Assembly (NCBI RefSeq): GCF_004010195.1
Contig: NC_057752.1
Span: forward strand, 6,088,044-6,152,043
DNA from: Chiloscyllium plagiosum
Taxonomy: Eukaryota
Reading direction: 5' to 3'
DNA length: 64,000 bases
Under the pieces are notes generated by a model. It did not search any database and was not told the origin of the DNA. It saw only the letters and a list, made by a program, of their open reading frames with translations. This document shows, one piece after another, positions 57,401 through 64,000 of the stretch (position 1 is its first letter; each line of letters starts with the position of its first letter). The position numbers were made by a program, and so were the translations under genes.

Positions 57401-59663
57401 GCTATGCTAAATTGCCCATAGTGTTCAGGTTAGGTGCATAAGTCAGGGGTAAATGTAGAGCAATTGGGTAAAGATATGGATCTGGGTGGCTTAGTCTTCG
57501 GAAGGTTGGTGTCGACTTGTTGGGCCGAATAGCCTGTTTCCACACTGTAGGGATTCGATGAATTTAGAATTTTGGTTGCATAGTTTGGGTCTGTGCTCAT
57601 TGGAATTTACAAGAATGAGGGGCAACCTTATTGAAACATATGAGATTCTTAGGGCTTTACAGGGTAGATGTGGAAAGGCCGTTTCCCCTTGTGGGTGAAT
57701 CTGGGATCAGATGACATGATCTCAGATTAAAGGGCTGCACATTTAAGGCAGAGATGAGGAGGCATTTCTTCTCTCAGAGGGTAGGGAATCTGTGGAATTC
57801 TTTACTGCACAGGGCTGTCGACGTCGTGTTGTTAAGTATGTTCAAGGTTGTGATAGTCAGATTTTTAATCAGTAAGGGAATAAAGGTTTATAGGGAAAAG
57901 GCAAGAAAGTGGAGTTGAGGATTATCAGATCAGCCATGATCTCACCAAATGACAGAGCAGATGGGCAAAATGGCCTACTTCTGTTCCTCTGTCTTATGAC
58001 CTTATTTACAATTAATTTAAACAAGGGAAAAGAAATGTGAGTTACCTCTGTCATCACTTACCAGAGGACTGGTGTGGAACAGTGGCTTCTCCACTTTGGT
58101 GATCTCCGTTTGCTGTTCTTGGCTTTCCCAATGAAAGTGGAATTAAACTAGGAGTCACTGGCAATGTGGAACCACTTTGAGCAGGAGGCCCCAGCACTGA
58201 AGACGACATGAGTGGACTACCTGGGAAGCCCTCATAGTTCCTACTGGCACAGTGTTGCTCTTGATAATGGTCATATGGACACCCACAGTGTGAGTGTTGT
58301 TGAAAATCTGGGCTGTACTTCAATTCCGGATACCTTAAGAAATGTGTACATGATTCAGGAGATCCTTCCATGCCTCTCTGAAGCTGTCCACGTGAAGAGG
58401 CTGGAATCTGTGAGGGATAAGTGTGTGCCATTGGTGCTGGAATTGCCATATTGGTATGTATGTGGTTATAACTGAATGGGCTATATCCATGTCCTCTTGG
58501 GTACTGGCTGTATGAATGCTCAGGCATCAGCAAAGGAACTGGTGGGGGTGCCTGACCATTTCTTATAGGGTGGTTTACCAAATGTGGCTTCAAATGCTCA
58601 TGCTGCCACATGTCTGGGTCCGGAGGACAAGGGTGCTGGTACAAGGAGTCATGATCCAGCTTGAGTGTATTAAATGCTGCTGCCGATCTCTCGATCTCTT
58701 CTTCTGACATCTTCAAGGAACAGTTCCGACAAGCACATCCATGAGACATAATCTCAGAAGCATCTTGCTCAAGAAATTGGACATGCTGTCCGTCAAGGAG
58801 ACCTTCCACCTGACGGTAATCCAGCAGCCGGTTCTTGTTTGTTTTCAGGTCATGATCTCTCTGGGTATCATCTCGAAGCCTTACTCGGTGGATAGGTCCT
58901 TGATGCAATCTTTCTGAACAAGGATACTGATGGAACATGGATGGGTAAACTTGAAGTACTTCATTGCATGGCCTTTGGTAGTTCATTCTTTCCAACATTG
59001 AGGCCTGGTGGTGAATGCTATCTATGTTTTTCACATGGTCATAAGAATCATGTGACCTGCCTTCTAGCCCCACGTCATTCAATTGTAGCACATTCCTTTC
59101 ATACATGGGCCGTCTTCGGTCCAGTGTTAGATCAGGCCTATAGTAGATATCATTTCGAATCCCATCGGGACTGTGACTATATCCAGGTATTCTGCGCTCT
59201 GGCGAGTGCTGGTTGGCTTTGAAAGGATAAGGATGATTGGTGTTATGAATGTTTCTTGGTAAAGTGGCAAACCGATTCATCTCACAGGCATCATCGTCAT
59301 CCAGGATGTCCGTCTCCCTGTCATTGGCGACAGGTCGCCCATTGGCACGGTTCTGCAAGGATGACCCAGTCTGTGCGGTCACATTGTGCGTGTTCTTCAC
59401 TGCGGCCACGCCAAACCCGCTGAGAAGCTGATCCAACTGCTCCTTCTCTACTTGTGATGGTGCAGGCTTCGTACTGATACTCTGCTCTTCTGTCTTTATG
59501 GAAGCAGTGGAGTGACCTGAGTCCGTGCTGACAGACAAGGTGTGCCCACAATGAACAGACACCACACTTAATGGGCTACCATTGGCAGTGCCAGTGCTGG
59601 GACTTCTTTTCTTCACTTTGGCATAGAGACTTCCATCTAGTGGACCTCGTGTGTGTAATACTT
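30326..59663 (-). CDS. TNS2: Tensin-2 (TENC1), last 12 coding exons; 5' part lies outside the window
   Basis: Twelve GT-AG exons (1602, 193, 806, 87, 132, 93, 78, 78, 169, 69, 30, 142 nt) splice in frame to a tensin SH2+PTB C-terminus ending [12 protein letters not shown]. Motifs [54 protein letters not shown] and [10 protein letters not shown] resemble TNS2 more than TNS1/3/4 (recalled comparison). Confidence 0.9.
31233..31262 (-). CDS. TNS2: TNS2 30-nt PTB micro-exon ([10 protein letters not shown])
   Basis: Acceptor ctcttcttttccag|G, donor TCAAA|GTAAGT, phase 2-2. Matches human TNS2 WTNPDGTTSK. Confidence 0.93.
32201..32269 (-). CDS. TNS2: TNS2 PTB exon ([23 protein letters not shown])
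   Basis: Acceptor ctcaacag|A, donor CGAAG|GTATGT, 69 nt, phase 2-2. Confidence 0.95.
33404..33715 (+). mobile_element. HE1-type V-SINE nested in an L2-like 3' end
   Basis: Same body as the 15184 copy. L2-like sequence on both sides (33240-33403 and 33715-33805). Confidence 0.85.
33835..34003 (-). CDS. TNS2: TNS2 PTB exon ([57 protein letters not shown])
   Basis: Acceptor atttcag|CT, donor CGAAA|GTAAGT, 169 nt, phase 1-2. Confidence 0.96.
35004..35081 (-). CDS. TNS2: TNS2 SH2-PTB linker exon ([26 protein letters not shown])
   Basis: Acceptor cccttccag|AT, donor GCGG|GTGAGG, 78 nt. Confidence 0.94.
35442..35625. mobile_element. Non-autonomous palindromic PLE terminal-repeat dimer nested in a SINE
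   Basis: Two inverted copies of the family A terminus meet at about 35547. Confidence 0.8.
35518..35545 (-). ncRNA. Minimal hammerhead ribozyme core (left arm of a palindromic PLE-derived element)
   Basis: Minus strand: CUGAUGA A GGGC UUUU GCCC GAAAC GUC. A mirror copy on plus at 35551-35578 has GAAA changed to AAAA. Confidence 0.68.
36016..36185. mobile_element. Short inverted PLE terminal-repeat element with a 15-bp flanking direct repeat
   Basis: cagctgaagaatgat occurs at 36001-36015 and 36181-36195. The internal arms are near-perfect reverse complements. Confidence 0.8.
37355..37968 (+). mobile_element. CR1/HER1 LINE 3' fragment
   Basis: [12 protein letters not shown]...[14 protein letters not shown] plus the ctctatgact tail. 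Confidence 0.85.
38383..38460 (-). CDS. TNS2: TNS2 SH2 C-terminal exon ([26 protein letters not shown])
   Basis: Acceptor tttgatgcag|GT, donor AAAG|GTAACA, 78 nt. Confidence 0.95.
39223..39315 (-). CDS. TNS2: TNS2 SH2 exon ([31 protein letters not shown])
   Basis: Acceptor ccctgcag|GT, donor TTTG|GTAAGA, 93 nt. Not in the ORF track. Confidence 0.95.
40387..40518 (-). CDS. TNS2: TNS2 SH2 exon ([44 protein letters not shown])
   Basis: Acceptor attcgcag|CT, donor AAAG|GTATGT, 132 nt. Contains the FLIRDS (FLVRES-like) motif. Confidence 0.96.
40960..41455 (-). mobile_element. CR1 LINE 3' fragment
   Basis: Tail ataagatacaggatcagaattaggcc and CR1 body motifs. Confidence 0.7.
41700..42230. mobile_element. 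Nested cluster: PLE family B terminus interrupted by a PLE family C terminus (41745-41845) and an HE1 SINE (41850-42150)
   Basis: The family B halves ...cacagaatg | atgctggagaaactcagcagg flank ggtgccggtgttggactggg...cttcatcaagtg and a V-SINE body. Confidence 0.65.
43753..43839 (-). CDS. TNS2: TNS2 exon, start of SH2 ([29 protein letters not shown])
   Basis: Acceptor ctctgcag|AT, donor CAAG|GTGAAC, 87 nt. Tensin hallmark [12 protein letters not shown]. Confidence 0.96.
44625..45430 (-). CDS. TNS2: TNS2 Pro/Ser-rich exon ([12 protein letters not shown]...PTPAFP...QPPLPEK...HHVTFSP...SSLT)
   Basis: Inside ORF 44443..45420. Acceptor tcatcaacag|C, donor ACAG|GTAAGC, 806 nt, phase 2-1. Confidence 0.9.
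45572..46950 (-). mobile_element. Penelope-like element (family A), 5'-truncated, with an inverted duplicated segment at about 46650-46950
   Basis: Minus-strand [26 protein letters not shown] and [17 protein letters not shown]. Terminal repeat with a decayed hammerhead motif at about 45668-45695. 46650-46950 is the reverse complement of about 46340-46615. Confidence 0.88.
48012..49260. mobile_element. Penelope/Poseidon-type element (family P) arranged as a long inverted repeat
   Basis: Plus 48620-49060 is a degenerate GIY-YIG region (..[13 protein letters not shown]...[34 protein letters not shown]...). 48086-48565 is the reverse complement of about 48773-49260. Hammerhead-like motifs occur at both ends. 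Confidence 0.88.
48125..48166 (-). ncRNA. Type I hammerhead ribozyme motif of PLE family P
   Basis: Minus strand: CUCA CUGAUGA U GUUACC UAGUAU GGUGAC GAAAC UUC UGAG. Stem I is CUCA/UGAG and stem II is 6 bp. A decayed mirror copy lies on plus at about 49181-49222. Confidence 0.7.
50520..50740. repeat. Perfect tandem duplication of 109 bp
   Basis: catgttgtgctgatattgtctcc...gggcctcacactat starts at both 50521 and 50630. Confidence 0.95.
51530..51890 (+). mobile_element. Old CR1 LINE 3' fragment
   Basis: VFKIMR...[17 protein letters not shown] in ORF 51483..51698. Confidence 0.7.
52968..53226 (-). mobile_element. HE1-type V-SINE with flanking duplication ggactgtggaattgttggtt
   Basis: SINE body on minus, with the 20-bp motif repeated on both sides. 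Confidence 0.85.
53428..54100 (-). mobile_element. Penelope-like element (family A) 3' fragment
   Basis: ORF 53525..54145 contains [31 protein letters not shown]...[19 protein letters not shown]. Same terminal repeat as the copy at 45572. Confidence 0.9.
54509..54701 (-). CDS. TNS2: TNS2 exon ([22 protein letters not shown]...[12 protein letters not shown])
   Basis: Acceptor ctcctctgtcag|AA, donor GAAAG|GTATGT, 193 nt, phase 1-2. It bridges the phases of the two flanking exons exactly. PVCTSSP resembles TNS2 PLHTSSP. Confidence 0.8.
55960..55976 (-). promoter_or_regulatory. Candidate CTCF binding site
   Basis: Minus strand TGGCCACTAGGTGGCAC closely matches the CTCF core consensus. Confidence 0.55.
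57310..58000 (+). mobile_element. CR1 3' fragment interrupted by a 5'-truncated HE1 SINE (about 57380-57560)
   Basis: agaaggttcact...gaggag | SINE tail | ggaatttacaagaatgagg...gatcagccatgatc. Confidence 0.7.
58062..59663 (-). CDS. TNS2: TNS2 large central exon ([20 protein letters not shown]...TVPHQSS)
   Basis: Inside ORF 58054..59748. Acceptor ttttgcaag|AAG (alternative at 59660), donor TCTG|GTAAGT, 1602 nt, phase 1-1. Tensin motifs [42 protein letters not shown]. Confidence 0.92.
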
Positions 59664-59824
59664 CTTGCAAAATATAAAGGTTTATAGTAAGTGGCAGCAT
59701 TACATACAAGTTGCATGTTTCGATAAAATACACATTTCTATTCGACACATCCAGGACTAAGATGACATTTGGTAATATATAATAGTCACAGACTATATGT
59801 TTACATGCATTATATATAAAATAG

Positions 59825-60082
59825 TAGGGTCATACAGCATGGAAACAGACTCTTCAATCCAACCAGTCCATGCCAACCATAATCCTAAACTAAACTAGTC
59901 CCACCTGACTGAACTTGGTCCATATCCCTCCAAACTTTTCTTATTCATGTACTTACCTAAATATTTTTTAAACATTGTAACTGTACCTGCATCCACCACT
60001 CCCTCTGAAAGTTTATTCCACACACTATCCACAATCTGTGTAAAAAAACTGCCACTCATGTCTTTTAAATCTTTCTCCTCTT
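59825..60082 (-). mobile_element. CR1 LINE 3' end
   Basis: Same tail as the other HER1 copies (ORF 59895..60152). Confidence 0.8.
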
Positions 60083-62544
60083 TAGGCATGGGACTACCAT
60101 TAAATTGTATTCTAGCATAAATCAGGAAAGAGTAGATTAAATGCCAATCCAAACCCTAATGATTGGAAGTAGTCAAAACACATCAGGCATTTGTTACTAA
60201 ATCTAGGCTGAACTCCTAAATTTTTCATCATCTCGTAGGCGCTTAATAAAGGCTCCTTTAATTTTCTCCACAGATTCCAGTCTTATAAAGCAACCAAAAC
60301 TTTGGACCTCACTTTGAAGAAGTCTGGTCGCCGTGCAAAATAATCTACTTTGGTCCATTGGTTCAGACTGAACACTCCTCAAACATGTTGAAAAGCAAAT
60401 GTATCTATCCTGGGGCCATTTTGTCACCATACCCCTGCTGCAATGTGTATACGCTCACTACATGGATGTTACGCTTAAGGCTGCTGTTCTCGTCAGTACA
60501 GATAAATAGCAAACAGCAAAGTAGTTATATGTAGTTTTTAAATCAATGGTTTGACTGACAGAGTGTGTGGAATGAACTGTCAGAGGAAGTTTTTAAATGC
60601 ATGAATTGGAAGGCTTGGAGGGATAAGGGCTAAATGCAGGCAAATAGGACTAGTTTCGTTTGGGAACATGGTTGGCATGGACTATTTGGACTGAAGAATC
60701 TGTTTCCATTCTGTATGACTCTATGAGTATGTTTCAAATCAGTGTTAACCAAGTAGAAATGCCCAGTCATCAGGAAGGACTGTAGCTGAATGCAAATCTT
60801 TGCTTTCTCAGGTTGCTGGATTGTGTACTGGTAAAATCTATCCTGGCAGTAGAGTGTGTTCTTCTGAGTATTGGACAGTGGGACCTTCACTCTGCAGTAG
60901 CTGACACCCAGTGCTTAAAATAGAACCACTTCCATTTTCCAAAGCTGACATCTTTTGCCATGCCAAGCACAGATAAAAAACACAAGCTTCTCTGCAGTAA
61001 ACTGAAAGATGCCTTTTAAACCACCGAATCAATCTTTAGACAATGACAAGTCATCTGTGGGAATTGTAATGGAACACTCCTTCAAAGCAATGTGAAATGC
61101 AGTGCCAGGTTTGTTTTCACCGTATGGTGTGACAGCTCAAAATAGTTCAAAGTAAATTGATGCCAACCTCAGCCAGAAGGCTGGTGTGGTTAAACAGCAG
61201 CCAATTCTTTGGAATAACCTCCTTTAAAGAACTGTCCACGAGACAAAATGTAGAAAGCACAAAGAGTCGTGCAGACAGAAAATCGCAGATGAGTAAAATT
61301 TAAAGGGATGGAGAGTATCACAATTGGCTGACAAGAAATCTGAAAAGCTCTTGGAAGAACATGGAAGATACGTCAATCCATTCCCAAGCTGAAGGGTCAG
61401 GTTTGCATGTCCCTGATTTCCATCATTCCACCTTTGGAGTCCATATCTTCACCTGCCCTGGGTAAAAACTCTGGAGTGCCTTTCCTAAATCTCTCCCTTC
61501 TCTCTTTCATCTTTTAAGACACTCTTTAAAGCCTACATCTTTGACCAAACTCTTGGTCACCTGTCCTGACATCCCTATATGTGTCTCATTGTCAAATATT
61601 GTCCGAGGGTATTCCTCCGATGCACCTTACTAAGTTAAAGGTGCTATATAAAGGCAAGTTGTTGATGGTGTGAATGTGCAGATAAGGGACAAAGCAGCCA
61701 AGCACTTTAGCTCTACACGGAGGTTATGCAGCACGAGGTGGCTGCAATGATGATAAAGCACTCTGCCACCTAATGGCACCATCCCATACGTTGGTACTGT
61801 AGCATGCCTGATTCCCACAGTCACAGGCTGTGCCAGCCCAGTGCTGCACGGTAGCTACAGCAGCAGATGGCACAGCTGACCAGAAACTGTGAAGACAACT
61901 CCTCACAACCATTGTCTGATCAACTACCATGAGGTTCAAATATGGCGGGTGATAGCTTGGTAGGTTCGAAACAGAAGTGTATTCAGCTTGGTATGGATAT
62001 GCCTGTATATGATCCCGGCAGGTGAACACAATGCAGTCTGAACTGGCAGGCATCCCTTCATTAGTTCTTTCTCACATCTCAGACAGGAGAATTCGCATTG
62101 GGAAACCTATTTGTGCCAGTACTGGTGTAGAACAATTGGCACAGAGACTTATGAGAACCAAGTGTCAGCAAGAGAGAAAATGGAAGAGCACTGGGCCAGT
62201 TAGAGCCGAAACAAAAAGCCCTACTGAACATTACCACTGCTTTCAAACAGACAAGTTATGGGCATCTGTCTCTTTTCCCTGTGTTGCTGTATTACATGAA
62301 CCAGAGCACACAAGTAAACTCAAAAAACTAGCTTTGTGGAGTGTGGAATATGGTCAACAGTGACAGCACCACACCATTACTTCTTCAATTATGAATATTC
62401 TAAACATGTTTCAGTAAAGATATTAAATGCAGGGCTGTCAAGACGGCAGATTCTGTGTTCAACATACTGCCCTACTGCCCATATCAAAATATGCCTTTAT
62501 AAAGATTACACCTTTAACACCAAGAAAATTGTTTCATTTTTCCA

Positions 62545-63440
62545 TTGACACCAAAATTGGAGGTAAAATGGACAGCAAAGAAGGTTACCTCAGAGTACAA
62601 TGAGGTTTTGATCAGATGGGCCAATGGGCTGAGGAGTGGCAGATGGAGTTTAATTTAGATAAATGCGAGGTGTTTCACTTTGGAAAGGCAAATCAGTCCA
62701 GGACTTGTATACTTAATGGTAAGGTCCTGGGGAGTGTTTCTGAACAAAGATACCTTGGAGTGCAGGTTCATAGTTCCTTGAAAGTGGAGTCACAGGTGGA
62801 CAGAATAGTGAAGAAGGCATTTAGTATGCTTTCCTTTATTGGACAGAGCATTGAGTATAGGAGTTGGGAGGTCATGTTGTGACTGTACAGGACACTTTTG
62901 GAATATCCTGTGCAAATCTGTCTCCCTCCTATAGGAATGATGTTGTGAAACTCGAAAGGGTTCAGAAAAGATTTACTATGATGTTACGAAGGTTGGAGGA
63001 TTTTGAGCTACAGGGAGAGACTTGAATTGGATTGGGGCTGTTTTCCCAGAGCATCGGAGGCTGAGGGGTGACCTAATAGAGGTTTATAAAATCATGAGGG
63101 GCATGGATAGGATAAATAGACAAGGTCTTCTCCCTGGGGTGGGGGAATCCAGAACTAGAGGGCATAGGTTTAGGGTGAGAGGGGAAAAATTTCAAAGGAA
63201 CCTAAGGGAAAACGTCTTCATACAGAGGGTGGTGCGTGTATGGAATGAGCTGCCAGAGAAAGTGGTGGAGGCTGGTACAATTACAGCATTTAAAAGGCAT
63301 CTGTGAATAGGAAGGACTTAGAGAGATATGGGCCAAATGCTGGCAAATGGGACTCGATTGATTTAGGATATCTGGTTGGCATGGACGAGTTGGACTGAAA
63401 GGTCTGTTTCTGTGCTGTACATCTCTATGACTTTATGACT
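62545..63440 (+). mobile_element. CR1/HER1 LINE 3' fragment
   Basis: ORFs 62616..62882 and 63022..63306 are the CR1 RT C-terminus. Confidence 0.92.
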
Positions 63441-63854
63441 CAGCTATGCCTTTGTTACCTCCAGAGCTGACACTTCCAACATGCTCCTGGCTGGTCTCCC
63501 ATATTCAATCCTCCATAATGTTGAGGTCATCCAAAGCTCTTCTGCCCATGTTTTAACACACAGCAAGTCCCATTCCCCTACCCCCGTGTGCTCGTTGACC
63601 TACAATAGTAACTGGTCAAGCAACATTTTGATATTAAAAATCTCACCCTTGCTTTCAAATCCCTCCCTATCTCCTCCAGCCTGACAGCCTTGTGAGATAG
63701 CTGTGCTCCTCTAATTCTGACTCCTTTAACAACCCTGATTTTAATCACTCCACCATTGGTGGCTGCACCATCAACTGCCTGGACTTTAAGCTCTGGAACA
63801 TTCTGCCTACACCTCTCCACCTCTGTACCTCATTCTCTTCTTTAAAGAATCTTA

Positions 63855-64000
63855 GGGGTGTTATGGTGGCTCAGTGGTTAGCACTGCTGCCTCACAGCAC
63901 CAGGAACCCAGGTTCAATTCCAGCCTCGTGTGGAATTTGTACATTCTCCCTGTGTCTGTGTGGGTTTGTTCCAGTTTCCTCTCACTGCCCAAAGATGTGC
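63855..64000 (+). mobile_element. HE1-type V-SINE 5' part (runs off the window)
   Basis: ggtggctcagtggttagcactgctgcctcacagc...ggttcaattcc. Confidence 0.85.

Noticed and set aside
58212..59551. Short plus-strand and alternate-frame ORFs
   Set aside because: Shadows of the large TNS2 exon.
60203..60430. EKIKG peptide as an upstream TNS2 C2-domain exon
   Set aside because: No GT donor after AAAG, and the surrounding residues do not match the tensin C2 domain.
61724..62053. DGAIRWQS as the tensin 'PAVRWDSYENF' exon
   Set aside because: The match is too weak, there is an in-frame stop, and no suitable splice sites. That exon probably lies beyond the window.

Overview
This is vertebrate genomic DNA, almost certainly from a shark or other elasmobranch (inferred from HE1-type V-SINEs, HER1/CR1 LINEs and Penelope-like elements). 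It contains three N-gaps. Two spliced genes lie on the minus strand. (1) The last 12 coding exons of tensin-2 (TNS2/TENC1; 59663->30326, about 1159 codons) cover a 1.6-kb low-complexity exon, the SH2 and PTB domains and the stop codon, followed by a probable ~5-kb 3' UTR. (2) The first 4 coding exons of a FAPP-family PH-domain gene (PLEKHA3-like; 11341->2895) follow a CpG-rich CCAAT/GC-box promoter. All exon junctions were read by eye, are GT-AG and are phase-consistent. The rest is repeat-rich: CR1 and L2 LINE fragments, several SINE families, two related solo LTRs, a 2.8-kb G-rich 34-bp minisatellite and many Penelope-like element (PLE) pieces. There are two main points of interest. First, at least three or four families of PLE termini carry minimal hammerhead-ribozyme cores (CUGANGA-stem II-GAAAC-GUH). 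Many occur as short non-autonomous inverted (palindromic) units, and the best-preserved cores lie in the sense strand of host introns. Second, the FAPP gene mixes PLEKHA3 and PLEKHA8 residues and sits beside TNS2, which suggests a third ohnolog from the HoxC paralogon. Most ORFs in the supplied track are artefacts of repeats, N-gaps or antisense exons.
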